Assembly: GCA_937930175.1 (NCBI GenBank)
Contig: CALGLP010000022.1
Coordinates: 2,585 to 66,584 of the forward strand
DNA length: 64,000 nt
Direction of reading: 5' to 3'
Source: an uncultured bacterium
GTDB taxonomy: Bacteria; Omnitrophota; Gorgyraeia; Zapsychrales; Aceulaceae
The notes under the pieces are model-generated. The model searched no databases. It had not been told where the DNA came from and saw only the letters and a program-made list of their open reading frames with translations. A program made the translations under genes and the position numbers. Below, piece by piece: positions 55,694 to 64,000 of the stretch; position 1 is the stretch's first letter; each line of letters starts with the position of its first letter.

Positions 55694-56155
55694 TCAATTA
55701 CTTAAGTAAGTTTTAAGTACTTCCCACGTCTTTGCACCTACAATGCTATCCCCCTTAAGATTATTGGCTTTTTGGAATGCAGCAATAGCGGAAATGGTAT
55801 TTGGGCCAATTTTTCCATCAATATTGCCAGTATAGTAGCCAGCTGATTTTAAGGCGCTTTGAACATCCGTGACCTTGACAGGGACCCGGATAATACCGAT
55901 ATGATCTTTATTGTCGGTAGAAAGGGATCCTGCGGATACCGCCTTATTTTTACTGCCAACTTGTTGGCTTAATTCATCAACCTGATCCTTAAGGCTGTTG
56001 ATCTCCTTGTCCTTTTCTTCTAAGGCGTTTTCAAGCGTCTGGACTTGGCTTGAGAGAGAATCGACTTGTTGTTTGTGGCCTTGCGTTGTTTGACAGCCGG
56101 TTAACGTCATGGTTATGGCAAAGAGGCCGATAAGAATGAAGATATTTTTCTGCAT
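55694..56155 (-). CDS. Lipoprotein with coiled-coil region and C-terminal peptidoglycan-binding (PG_binding_1) domain
   Basis: Lipobox LTGC after signal peptide (MQKNIFILIGLFAITMTLTGC). PG_binding_1-like VQSALKSAGYYTGNIDGKIGPNTISAIAAFQKANNL. Start trimmed to the ATG with AAAGGAG RBS. Confidence 0.65.
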   Translation of the reverse strand: MQKNIFILIGLFAITMTLTGCQTTQGHKQQVDSLSSQVQTLENALEEKDKEINSLKDQVDELSQQVGSKNKAVSAGSLSTDNKDHIGIIRVPVKVTDVQSALKSAGYYTGNIDGKIGPNTISAIAAFQKANNLKGDSIVGAKTWEVLKTYLSN

Positions 56156-56320
56156 AAAAATGCTCCTTTTTGGTTGGTTTTCATTTATTATAGGTGAATT
56201 TGATGGCTTGTCTAGATGATTTATGAAATAATTCTCTCTCCTTTTATTACTAGATTTGAAATCGATTGACAAAAGTTTTATTTAACCATACCATAAATTA
56301 TTAAACATATGGAGGAGACG

Positions 56321-56563
56321 ATGACGCAGGACAAAAACCCTATTCACCCCGTTAGAGAATTAAATGATTCGGCGGTTGGTGTTGACAAGAAGGTTCCACT
56401 TGATGGCGAGTCACCCCTAATGGGAAATCTACGGCTGACGTATTTCTCTAACGGGGTAAAGAAATTTTTTAAAGATTTGTTGGAAAAGCTGGACCAAAAG
56501 ATGCTCGAGAAAGCAAAGACAAAGCCTTGCTGCGCAAAAAGCAAGCCTAAGGATGCCTCGTGA
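56321..56563 (+). CDS. Possible small leader ORF (80 aa) spanning inverted-repeat element copy 2; coding status doubtful
   Basis: GGAGGAG RBS before ATG 56321. C-terminus ...KTKPCCAKSKPKDAS. Its stop overlaps the permease start. Similarity to the analogous ORF at copy 1 is limited to the inverted-repeat arms, so the conservation is at nucleotide level. Confidence 0.2.
   Translation: MTQDKNPIHPVRELNDSAVGVDKKVPLDGESPLMGNLRLTYFSNGVKKFFKDLLEKLDQKMLEKAKTKPCCAKSKPKDAS
56343..56458. repeat. Inverted-repeat element copy 2 (arms TCACCCCGTTAGAGAATT / ATTTCTCTAACGGGGTA, enclosing about 84 nt) in the leader of the ArsP-like permease gene
   Basis: Left arm 56345-56359 and right arm 56444-56456, identical over 14-15 nt to copy 1. 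Interior unrelated to copy 1. Confidence 0.7.
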
Positions 56564-57519
56564 TCAAACCCATCATTGATTGGTTTTTTTATTCGCTGTT
56601 TCAGCTTGACCCTGAATCTCACGTCGTGGGAGCGCTGCATTTTTTTATTTATGACACGATTAAGATCATGGTGCTTCTTTTTGTGATGATTTCTTTTTTG
56701 GGTTTCTTGCGATCGTTTCTTGATCAAAAACGTATTAAGCAATGGCTGAGCCACAATTCCTTTTTTGCTAGCGTCTATGCCGCGATATTTGGCGCGATTA
56801 CGCCTTTTTGTTCGTGCTCCTCGATCCCCATTTTTTTAAGTTTTGTCAAAATGGGCATTCCTCTGGGCGTGATGTTTTCTTTTCTGATTACTTCCCCGAT
56901 GATTAACGAGTATCTGGTTGTTCTGATGTTAATTTTTTTTGGTTGGAAAATCACCTTGGTTTATGTTGTGAGTGGCATGGTCATCGGTATTGGCTCAGGC
57001 CTTATCCTAGGACGGATGAATCTTGAGAAATACTTGGAGCGAGATCTTTTTTTAACAGCAGAGGAGTCTCAAGAAGAAAAGGGGCCGAAGACGTTAGGAG
57101 AGCGGATCAACTTTGGTCTGGGCGAGGCCAAGACCATTTTGGCGCGGCTTTGGATATGGATTATGGTTGGTGTTGGGTTGGGTGCTTTGATCCATAATTA
57201 TATTCCTGAAGAAGCGATTCATGCTGCGATTAATAAAACAGGGCCATTTTCTGTGCCGATCGCCGTGGCCTTGGGTGTGCCGATGTATGGCAGCTGTGCC
57301 GCGATTGTTCCGATTGCCGTGGCCCTTTTTCACAAAGGTGTTCCTTTAGGGACAGCGCTTAGCTTTATGATGGCGACAAGCGCCTTGAGTCTTCCTGAGA
57401 TGGTTATTCTCCGTCGAGCCATGAAATTAAAGTTGATCATTATCTTTTTTGCCATTACGACCTTGGGAATTATTTTTACAGGGTATCTCTTTAATATTTT
57501 GCAAAAGGTGTTAATATAA
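56560..57519 (+). CDS. COG0701/DUF318-family permease (ArsP-like), with TPFCSCS motif
   Basis: 319 aa polytopic. ITPFCSCSSIPIFLSFVKMGIPLGVMFSFLITSPMINEYLVVLML matches the predicted-permease (ArsP) family. Confidence 0.75.
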   Translation: MIKPIIDWFFYSLFQLDPESHVVGALHFFIYDTIKIMVLLFVMISFLGFLRSFLDQKRIKQWLSHNSFFASVYAAIFGAITPFCSCSSIPIFLSFVKMGIPLGVMFSFLITSPMINEYLVVLMLIFFGWKITLVYVVSGMVIGIGSGLILGRMNLEKYLERDLFLTAEESQEEKGPKTLGERINFGLGEAKTILARLWIWIMVGVGLGALIHNYIPEEAIHAAINKTGPFSVPIAVALGVPMYGSCAAIVPIAVALFHKGVPLGTALSFMMATSALSLPEMVILRRAMKLKLIIIFFAITTLGIIFTGYLFNILQKVLI

Positions 57520-57561
57520 ATAAAGTATTTGATCAACAAACCATTCAATCAAGGAGGACGC

Positions 57562-57861
57562 ATGAAAGTGCAGGAGATTGGCAAGAGGCTCGAGATTTGG
57601 CAAGCGATTGTTTTAGTGGAGCTTGTAATGATTATTTTCTTAGGACTTTATTCAAGTTATCAGGGCAAGGCTTTAGCAGCTCAATCTACGTATGCGTCTA
57701 AGGTTGAACAAGTGGTAGCGGATAAGGATAGGCGCGAGAAAGAACTTTCTGCAAGGCTCACGGCCGTTATGACGCTTTTACAAAGAGCCGTTAATGATCT
57801 TAATCAAGGCCAGCCGAGTGGCGCTATTAATAATATGCCGGCTCCAGGAGTTGTTAAGTAG
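57562..57861 (+). CDS. Hypothetical single-TM protein
   Basis: AAGGAGG RBS before ATG 57562. TM helix AIVLVELVMIIFLGLY. Confidence 0.45.
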   Translation: MKVQEIGKRLEIWQAIVLVELVMIIFLGLYSSYQGKALAAQSTYASKVEQVVADKDRREKELSARLTAVMTLLQRAVNDLNQGQPSGAINNMPAPGVVK

Positions 57862-57975
57862 CAAAGAGTACGTTTTTTGGGTGCCTTAAAAATCTGCTTT
57901 TCCTATTCTTTTATGCTATATTTATAGTAGCAGTATCGCTCTTTTATAATATCGGTTGTAGTATTTTCTTAGCCA

Positions 57976-58015
57976 AGCCCCGCCAAGGCGTATCCTTGGT
58001 GGGGCTTTTGTGTAA
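57976..58015 (+). terminator. Rho-independent terminator-like hairpin
   Basis: 14-bp stem AAGCCCCGCCAAGG/CCTTGGTGGGGCTT (one G-U on plus strand), followed by TTTTGTGT. Confidence 0.5.
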
Positions 58016-58076
58016 AGAGTTTTTGAGTTGATTTTCAAGAGTTTTGAGTATAATAAAACAAAGGATTGCAAAAGTT

Positions 58077-58769
58077 ATGTCGACCAAAGATTTGATTATT
58101 GTTTTTTCTGTTTTGTGCATTGTTGTCTTTATTGTCTTTACGATCTTTTTCCCTCCAGAGGAGAGTCGAAGGCGTAAGCGGCGAAAGCTTGAAGCGCCGC
58201 AAGAGACTCTTTCTAAGGAGGAGAAGGGTTGGCAGGAGGCGGCCTTTCGACTTAAGGAGCATGTGATTAAACACAAGCAAGAAATTCTTGCGCTTAAAGA
58301 GGAAGAAAAACAGCTTCGCGAGAAAATCAAAGATGAAGAGCAGAAGACGCAGAAATTTGAAGAAAAGCTAAAGCGCGAAAAGCAATGGCTTGCTGAGCAG
58401 GAGTCATCACTAGATCGGCGTACCAAAGAAATGCGTCATGTCAAGATTGATTTGACCAAGGCCCAAACAGATCGCGAGCATGAGTATTCTTTACGTCTAG
58501 CCGCAGAACGCGATAAAAAAGAGATCCAGGTTGCGCTAGAAAAGCTTACCAAGGAGCGCAATGATCTTGTTTTAAAAGTAACGAATCTAGAATTTATTTT
58601 ACGTACACAAAAGGAAGAGCTTGCGGATTTGCGTAAGACCAACGCGAGTCTTCAGAAGAAAAAAGAGGAAGATCAGTGGGTTGCCAAATCTGAATTTGAT
58701 AAGCTTGAGATGCAGCTTAAGCAAAAAGAAAAAGAAATTCAAAAATTGCATGATGATCTGAAACGTTAA
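58077..58769 (+). CDS. Membrane-anchored coiled-coil protein (E/K-rich)
   Basis: N-terminal TM (LIIVFSVLCIVVFIVFTIFF), then about 200 aa of charged heptad-like sequence. Confidence 0.6.
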   Translation: MSTKDLIIVFSVLCIVVFIVFTIFFPPEESRRRKRRKLEAPQETLSKEEKGWQEAAFRLKEHVIKHKQEILALKEEEKQLREKIKDEEQKTQKFEEKLKREKQWLAEQESSLDRRTKEMRHVKIDLTKAQTDREHEYSLRLAAERDKKEIQVALEKLTKERNDLVLKVTNLEFILRTQKEELADLRKTNASLQKKKEEDQWVAKSEFDKLEMQLKQKEKEIQKLHDDLKR

Positions 58770-58776
58770 GTCTCCT

Positions 58777-59946
58777 ATGTTTTCTCACCGCACGAATTGG
58801 CCTTTTGATTCAAATCCGTTGATGCTTCGGCTTCAAGAACTCAAAGAACGCCATGTTAAGATTTTTGACCTGACAGAGTCCAATCCAACCCGTGCTGGGT
58901 TTGTGTATCCGCAGAAAGAAATTCTCAAATCCTTTGGCAAAGCGGCAAATATGCTCTATCAGCCGCAAGCCTTTGGGGATATGAAGGCGAGAGAAGCGAT
59001 TTGCCGGATGTACCGCAATCAAGGGATGGACGTGAAGCCGTCACAGGTTATTTTGACGTCGAGTTCGAGCGAGGCGTATTCCTTCTTGTTTCGTTTACTG
59101 CTCAATCCTCAAGACGTTGTTTTGTTCCCAAGCCCGAGTTATCCGTTGTTTGATTGTTTAGCACAGCTCAATGATGTCGAAATTAAGCAGTATCCGCTTG
59201 TTTACCATGAGACTTGGGAGATTGACCAAAAGCGATTAAGGGCCGCTGTGACAGAAAAAACAAAGGCCTTGGTGCTCGTAAGCCCCAACAACCCTACGGG
59301 TTCGTGTGTGAATGAAAAAGAATTGAGTGTGATCGATCAGGTTTGTCGCGAAAAGAATTTAGCGATTATTTGTGATGAGGTTTTCTTTGATTATGTTTTT
59401 GAGGGCGAAAAAAACAAGACAAGAAGCTTGGCAGGTCATAAGCCTGTTTTGACTTTTACTCTAGGAGGACTTTCTAAAAGCCTCGGGCTTCCGCAGATGA
59501 AATTGTCCTGGATTGTTGTAAGCGGCCCTCAGGAGCACGTGACCCAGGCTTTACAGCGTCTAGAGATCATTGCTGATACCTATCTTTCAGTTAATACGCC
59601 TTCGCAAAATGCCCTTGCAGATTGGCTTTTGCAAAAAGAATATATGCAGAGGCAAGTCAAGGATCGCATTGAAAAGAATAAAAAAGTGTTGGGCGCCTTT
59701 TGCCCAAAGGCGCCCTTAGAGCTTTTACATGCCCAAGGGGGATGGTATGGCATGGTGCGTCTTCTCAAAGCGACTTCGGAGGAAGTCTGGGTGTTGGATC
59801 TTCTTGAGCGTGCGCATGTCCTTGTTCATCCGGGATATTTCTTCGACGTGCAGCATGGTGCGCATATCATTTTAAGCTATTTGACCCCTGAAGATATTTT
59901 TAAAGAAGGGCTTGCACAGATTGGTCAATATAACGCGCATTTTTAG
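58777..59946 (+). CDS. Pyridoxal-phosphate-dependent aminotransferase, class I/II (AlaC/AspC-like)
   Basis: PLP-lysine region LGGLSKSLGLPQMKLSW. 389 aa typical fold-type I layout. Confidence 0.82.
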   Translation: MFSHRTNWPFDSNPLMLRLQELKERHVKIFDLTESNPTRAGFVYPQKEILKSFGKAANMLYQPQAFGDMKAREAICRMYRNQGMDVKPSQVILTSSSSEAYSFLFRLLLNPQDVVLFPSPSYPLFDCLAQLNDVEIKQYPLVYHETWEIDQKRLRAAVTEKTKALVLVSPNNPTGSCVNEKELSVIDQVCREKNLAIICDEVFFDYVFEGEKNKTRSLAGHKPVLTFTLGGLSKSLGLPQMKLSWIVVSGPQEHVTQALQRLEIIADTYLSVNTPSQNALADWLLQKEYMQRQVKDRIEKNKKVLGAFCPKAPLELLHAQGGWYGMVRLLKATSEEVWVLDLLERAHVLVHPGYFFDVQHGAHIILSYLTPEDIFKEGLAQIGQYNAHF

Positions 59947-60053
59947 ATTTCTAGGGTTTGTTTTGATTCAAGCCTTGCAAACATCCAGAAGCTGCATATA
60001 ATATTAATATATTAATATAAAATAAATTATCATAATCAATACGGAGAGATACT

Positions 60054-60527
60054 ATGGCACGACCATCTTGGGATGAATATTTTTTAAAATTAGCAATGCT
60101 TGCGTCTGAACGAGCGACTTGTCCGCGGATGCATTGTGGATGTGTTTTAGTGAAAGATAAAAACGTGATTGCCACTGGCTACAATGGATCAATTCCTGGG
60201 GATGACCATTGTGAAGATGTGGGATGCCTGGTTGTGGATAATCATTGTATCCGCACCAATCACGCGGAGATGAACGCCTTAACGCAAGCGGCGAAAAAAG
60301 GGCATCCGACGGATGGCGCAACCGCGTATGTGACGAATATGCCTTGTACGAGCTGTGCGAAAGCCTTGATTGCCGCGGGGATCAAGCGGGTTGTTGTTTT
60401 TTCTGATTTTCACGATACCATGGCCAAGACATTCTTTGAGAAGGCGCATGTTTCGATCGATAAAATAACCAAGCCGTGTAATGAGATCAATTATAATCTC
60501 GATAGTTATTCTTCAGCGAGGAAGTAG
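60054..60527 (+). CDS. dCMP deaminase (CMP/dCMP deaminase zinc-binding family)
   Basis: HAEMNAL and PCTSCAKALIAAGIKRVV zinc-ligand motifs. Confidence 0.85.
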   Translation: MARPSWDEYFLKLAMLASERATCPRMHCGCVLVKDKNVIATGYNGSIPGDDHCEDVGCLVVDNHCIRTNHAEMNALTQAAKKGHPTDGATAYVTNMPCTSCAKALIAAGIKRVVVFSDFHDTMAKTFFEKAHVSIDKITKPCNEINYNLDSYSSARK

Positions 60528-60541
60528 CCTTCGATTGTTTG

Positions 60542-60587
60542 ATCAGCAGGAACATTGTGGAAAGCATGCCTGCTGATTGTTTTTTAA
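60542..60587 (+). terminator. Rho-independent terminator
   Basis: Stem ATCAGCAGG/CCTGCTGAT followed by TGTTTTTT. Confidence 0.65.
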
Positions 60588-60609
60588 GAAATGTCAAAAG
60601 TGAAGAAAC

Positions 60610-61410
60610 ATGAAAATTTTAGTTTTAATCATTACGTGTTTTGTTCTTTCTTTTCTTTTCATTCGTTATCTTGAAAGGGCAAGCCTTTTCTTTCCTCAGA
60701 AAGAGATGGATTTTGACCCAGCCCAACAAGGCGTAGTCTTCGAGGATATTTTTTTAAAGACTGAAGATCATCTTTTACTGAACGGATGGTTTTTTAAAGC
60801 ACCGTCAGCCAAAGCCACGATTCTTTTTTTTCATGGCAATGCGGGCAATATGAGCCATCGGCTTGAGAAAATTTTCTGGTTTCGCGATCTCGGCGTCAAT
60901 GTTTTTATTATTGATTATCGTGGTTATGGGAAGAGCCAGGGAGTCCCAAGCGAAGAGGGTCTTTACAAGGATGCTCGCGCGGCTTTTGATTATGTCAGTC
61001 AACGACAGGATGTTGATAAAAAGTGTATCGTTGGCTATGGGGAATCGTTGGGTGGGGCCGTTGTGGCTGACTTGGCCTTGCACCGGCCATTGGCGAGCAT
61101 GATTGTGGATTCTTCTTTTTCGTCAGCCGCGGACATGGCGCGTCGATACTATCCTCTGATTCCCGCTTTTTTACTTAAGACAAGAATGGATTCGGCGGCA
61201 AAGGTTAAAGAAATACAATTGCCAAAACTTTTTATTCATAGTAAGGATGACGAGATTGTCCCATATGCTTTAGCCAAAAAGCTTTTTGATGCTGCGCAGA
61301 AACCCAAAACCTTTTTAGAGATTAACGGTGATCACAACGGTGGTTATGCGTTATCTAAGGAACGTTATTTATCAGGGATCAAAGACTTTCTTATAAGCCA
61401 AGGATTGTAA
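60610..61410 (+). CDS. Alpha/beta hydrolase (S33/BAAT-like), N-terminal membrane anchor
   Basis: ILFFHGNAGNM oxyanion region. Nucleophile elbow GYGESLGGAV. Confidence 0.7.
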   Translation: MKILVLIITCFVLSFLFIRYLERASLFFPQKEMDFDPAQQGVVFEDIFLKTEDHLLLNGWFFKAPSAKATILFFHGNAGNMSHRLEKIFWFRDLGVNVFIIDYRGYGKSQGVPSEEGLYKDARAAFDYVSQRQDVDKKCIVGYGESLGGAVVADLALHRPLASMIVDSSFSSAADMARRYYPLIPAFLLKTRMDSAAKVKEIQLPKLFIHSKDDEIVPYALAKKLFDAAQKPKTFLEINGDHNGGYALSKERYLSGIKDFLISQGL

Positions 61411-61411
61411 C

Positions 61412-62608
61412 ATGAACGACCCATTCTTAAGAACACACAAGACACATATCGTGGATGCGCAAGGACGCAAGGTGATGCTGCGGGGGGTTAATCTGGGCGG
61501 ATGGTTGATGATGGAGGGTTATTTTATGCAAGCTCCTAATATCGCTGTACGCCAATTTAAGAAAACATTTGCATCAGCCTTGGGAGAAAAAACCCTCAAA
61601 GATTTTGAACGCAATTTTTACGCGACCTTTATTCAAGAAAAAGATTTTCAAGAGATTGCTAAGCTGGGATTTAATTGTATTCGTTTGCCATTTCATCATG
61701 GCCTCGTTGAGACACGACCCTATCATTATAGTCTGGAGGGCTTGGCGTATCTTGATCGGGCGATTGCGTGGGCGAAGAAGTATCATCTCTATGTTATTTT
61801 AGATCTTCATGCCGCGCCAGGATCTCAGAATCATGATTGGCATTCAGACAGCTTGGGCCAGGCAGAGTTGTGGAAAAAGAAAATATTTCAGGCGCGAACC
61901 TTTGCATTGTGGGAATTTCTCGCTCATCGCTATAAAGACAATGTAACCATTGCCGGTTATGATCTGTTAAATGAAGCGGTAATCAACGATGTCAAGGGTT
62001 TGAATGATTTCTATGCAACGCTCATCAAGCGTATTCGTGCGGTTGACCCACGTCACATCCTTTTTGTGGAAGGCAATACATGGGCCACGGACCTTAAGTC
62101 TCTCGATAAATTCTACGACGATCGTATAGCCTTGAGCATTCATTTTTATCATCCGATGGATTTTACATTTAATTTTGTTCCGCTCTTGTCGTATCCTTTG
62201 CGGTATCAGGGTATTCGCTGGGACAAGGCGATGCTTAGGCGCATGGTGGCCTCCTATGCAAAGATTGCCAAGGATTATCCTGCCCCAGTTTTTGTTGGAG
62301 AGTTTGGTGTGCAATCCCGGGATAATCGCGAGGGAGAGCTTGACTGGCTTTCCGATGTGGTGCAGTGTTTTAACGAAAAGGATTTCCATTGGACCTATTG
62401 GACCTATAAGGCAGTCAAAAATACAATCTTTCCCGATGGGATCTTAAGTTATTATCCTAATGATCCTTGGATCAACCGTCAGGGGCCCCAGGTGGGTTGG
62501 GATACTTATGCGAAACTTTGGCCGACGCATAAGGAGCAAATCATTGAGTCTTGGAAGAGTAAGCATTTTACCCTCAATCAAAAAGTTGCCCGGGCGCTCC
62601 AATCATGA
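61412..62608 (+). CDS. Glycoside hydrolase family 5 (cellulase/exo-beta-1,3-glucanase-like)
   Basis: VNLGGWLMMEGY, catalytic DLLNEAV (acid/base Glu) and VGEFG (nucleophile Glu). Confidence 0.75.
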   Translation: MNDPFLRTHKTHIVDAQGRKVMLRGVNLGGWLMMEGYFMQAPNIAVRQFKKTFASALGEKTLKDFERNFYATFIQEKDFQEIAKLGFNCIRLPFHHGLVETRPYHYSLEGLAYLDRAIAWAKKYHLYVILDLHAAPGSQNHDWHSDSLGQAELWKKKIFQARTFALWEFLAHRYKDNVTIAGYDLLNEAVINDVKGLNDFYATLIKRIRAVDPRHILFVEGNTWATDLKSLDKFYDDRIALSIHFYHPMDFTFNFVPLLSYPLRYQGIRWDKAMLRRMVASYAKIAKDYPAPVFVGEFGVQSRDNREGELDWLSDVVQCFNEKDFHWTYWTYKAVKNTIFPDGILSYYPNDPWINRQGPQVGWDTYAKLWPTHKEQIIESWKSKHFTLNQKVARALQS

Positions 62609-63408
62609 CAGGTATTAAAGAAATTACGAGCTTAAGAAATCCCCAGGTCAAGGCGGTTGTTGATCTTCGCGAGCGAAGATTTCGCGATGAAACAGGCTTG
62701 ATGATCGTGGAGGGTCTGCGTGAGATTGCGCTCGCGCAGAGCGCAGGCGTTGTTTTTTCTCAGGTGTATTTTGAGCAGGGATTTTTTGATGCCAAGGAGA
62801 ATAAAAAGTTTATTGAGGATATCAGCCCCCAATGCAAAGAAATCTTTTTGCTTCCCGAATATGTTTTTGAAAAAATGACCTTTGGCCATCGTCATGAAGG
62901 TGTCCTTGGCGTATGCGTCCAGCCGAAGAAAAAGCTAAAAGACATAAAACTTTCTCCTAATCCGCTTTTGATTGTTGTGGAAGCGGTTGAAAAGCCTGGG
63001 AACCTTGGGGCGATCTTGCGTACTGCCGATGCGGTGGGTGCCGACGGGCTTATTATTTGTGATCCTGTAACAGATGTCTATAATCCCAATGTCATTCGTT
63101 CAAGCTTGGGGTCTATTTTTTCTGTTGGTGTTGTGCAGGCCGGTAACGATGAAGCATGGAAGTTTCTTCACTCAAACAAAATAACCCTTTATGCGACCTT
63201 GCCGCAGGCCAAGGAGTCCTATGCCCATGTTGATATGCGTGGCCCCATGGCGATTGTCATGGGAAGCGAGGAAAAGGGTTTAAGTGAATTTTGGCAGAAC
63301 CATTGCGATAAGGCTGTTTATATTCCGATGAAAGGAAAAGTTGATTCACTTAATGTCTCTGTTTCTGCCGCTGTGATCCTTTATGAAATTATCCGTCAAC
63401 GAGAATAA
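62605..63408 (+). CDS. TrmH/SpoU family RNA 2'-O-methyltransferase (RlmB-like)
   Basis: SpoU motifs LLIVVEAVEKPGNLGAILRTADAVGADGLI and AIVMGSEEKGLS. Confidence 0.85.
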   Translation: MTGIKEITSLRNPQVKAVVDLRERRFRDETGLMIVEGLREIALAQSAGVVFSQVYFEQGFFDAKENKKFIEDISPQCKEIFLLPEYVFEKMTFGHRHEGVLGVCVQPKKKLKDIKLSPNPLLIVVEAVEKPGNLGAILRTADAVGADGLIICDPVTDVYNPNVIRSSLGSIFSVGVVQAGNDEAWKFLHSNKITLYATLPQAKESYAHVDMRGPMAIVMGSEEKGLSEFWQNHCDKAVYIPMKGKVDSLNVSVSAAVILYEIIRQRE

Positions 63409-64000
63409 TAAAATACGTCTTCAGGTCTTTTTGTCGCATAACGGCGTTTGCTCCAGGCGTAAGGCTATGGACCTGATCCAGCAAGGCCATGTAACATTAA
63501 ACGGTAAGCTTGCGCTAGAGCCATCAACCCTTGTGGATCCCAAGAATGATGAGGTTTGTTTTGACGGGCAGATTGTTTGCGCGCAGAAATATGAATATAT
63601 CCTGTTGAATAAGCCGCAGGGCTATACAACGACCACGGAAGATCCTTTTGCCCAAGAAATCGTTCTGGATCTGTTGCCGCATCATTTAAGACATCTGAAT
63701 CCCGTCGGGCGGTTGGACAAGAACACCGAAGGCCTTCTGTTGTTTACCAATGATGGCCAGGTGGCGCAGAAGTTGACACATCCTAGTTTTCATGTTGACA
63801 AAGTGTATTACGTGATCATTGATGGCGTGTTGAGCGCGCAAGACAAGACGCGCCTTGAGCAAGGAGTTATTTTTGACAATCAGAAAACAGCGCCGGCCAA
63901 GATTTTTGACCTGCGTCGCGAGAAAATAGAAACGTCGTTAAGGATCACAATCCATGAGGGGCGCAAGCGTCAAGTGCGCCGTATGTTTGATGCCTTGGGC
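63383..64000 (+). CDS. Pseudouridine synthase, RsuA/RluB family (S4 domain + catalytic domain), 3' end beyond window
   Basis: S4-like LQVFLSHNGVCSRRKAMDLIQQGHVTLNG. Catalytic motif GRLDKNTEGLLLFTNDG. Start ATG 63383 overlaps the trmH end; alternative non-ATG starts possible. Confidence 0.75.
   Translation, partial: MKLSVNENNKIRLQVFLSHNGVCSRRKAMDLIQQGHVTLNGKLALEPSTLVDPKNDEVCFDGQIVCAQKYEYILLNKPQGYTTTTEDPFAQEIVLDLLPHHLRHLNPVGRLDKNTEGLLLFTNDGQVAQKLTHPSFHVDKVYYVIIDGVLSAQDKTRLEQGVIFDNQKTAPAKIFDLRREKIETSLRITIHEGRKRQVRRMFDALG

Noticed and set aside
57944-58426. 160-aa minus-strand ORF rich in Ser/Cys/Phe
   Set aside because: It is the antisense reading of the E/K-rich coiled-coil gene (58077-58769). 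Low-complexity mirror ORF, no RBS.
1-64000. CRISPR arrays, tRNA/rRNA genes, transposases/integrases
   Set aside because: No regularly spaced direct repeats. No tRNA-like T-arm (GGTTCGANTCC) in intergenic regions. No ORF with DDE/tyrosine-recombinase motifs detected in this window.

Overview
This is a gene-dense bacterial chromosomal window with about 70 plus-strand-dominated CDSs, moderate AT-richness and Shine-Dalgarno-led genes. There are several 4-nt ATGA overlaps, typical of translational coupling. No rRNA, tRNA, CRISPR array or obvious transposase/integrase is present.

Content in order:
- 1-5.9 kb: a truncated CHASE+PAS membrane sensor, a YgiQ-family radical SAM protein, and a small Pmp3/YqaE proteolipid.
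- 6.2-9.4 kb: a fused ABC ATPase/ABC-2 permease, a DUF2156-like protein and a PLD-family (single HKD) nuclease.
- 9.4-14.3 kb: a DUF1667/APH-like kinase fusion, feoAB, msrAB, a GIY-YIG protein and a 4-oxalocrotonate tautomerase.
- 14.3-15.0 kb: a 730-bp non-coding, GC-richer, heavily base-paired region (candidate structured ncRNA on the minus strand) plus copy 1 of a 110-nt inverted-repeat element. Both sit in front of an orphan carB with no adjacent carA.
- 18.9 kb: a ribosomal protein bTHX gene (34 aa) that the ORF track missed.
- 19.2-30.1 kb: a polysaccharide-type locus (DUF4139 protein, UDP-sugar dehydrogenase, GT2, AsnB-type amidotransferase, B12-binding radical SAM, a 50-aa Cys-containing small ORF with strong RBS, lipoprotein).
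- 30.2-33.5 kb: an unusual YhcG-N-terminal/SNase fusion nuclease with an ORF6N (KilA-N-like) protein, a metallophosphoesterase and a Nudix hydrolase.
- 35.9-44.6 kb, most notable: an operon of UbiE-like methyltransferase, a 1259-aa tri-domain protein (class-B B12-binding radical SAM fused to KS-alpha and KS-beta/CLF-like domains), ACP, GcvT-family folate protein, hotdog thioesterase, FabG, FabD and a convergent FabZ. I read this as a candidate undescribed radical-SAM-tailored type-II FAS/PKS-like lipid or polyketide pathway.
- 44.7-50.3 kb: TspO, a DUF2064 (TIGR04282-like) transferase, a BioB/HydE-like radical SAM, a small TIGR04283-like GT2, DUF547 and a fatty-acid hydroxylase.
- 50.3-55.4 kb: a UV/redox island (UvdE, DUF2071-DCC fusion, glutathione peroxidase, dodecin, class II photolyase, DUF523/DUF1722).
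- 56.3-57.5 kb: copy 2 of the inverted-repeat element in the leader of an ArsP-like (TPFCSCS motif) permease.
- 58.1-64.0 kb: housekeeping genes (aminotransferase, dCMP deaminase, alpha/beta hydrolase, GH5, TrmH, RsuA-like pseudouridine synthase, partial).
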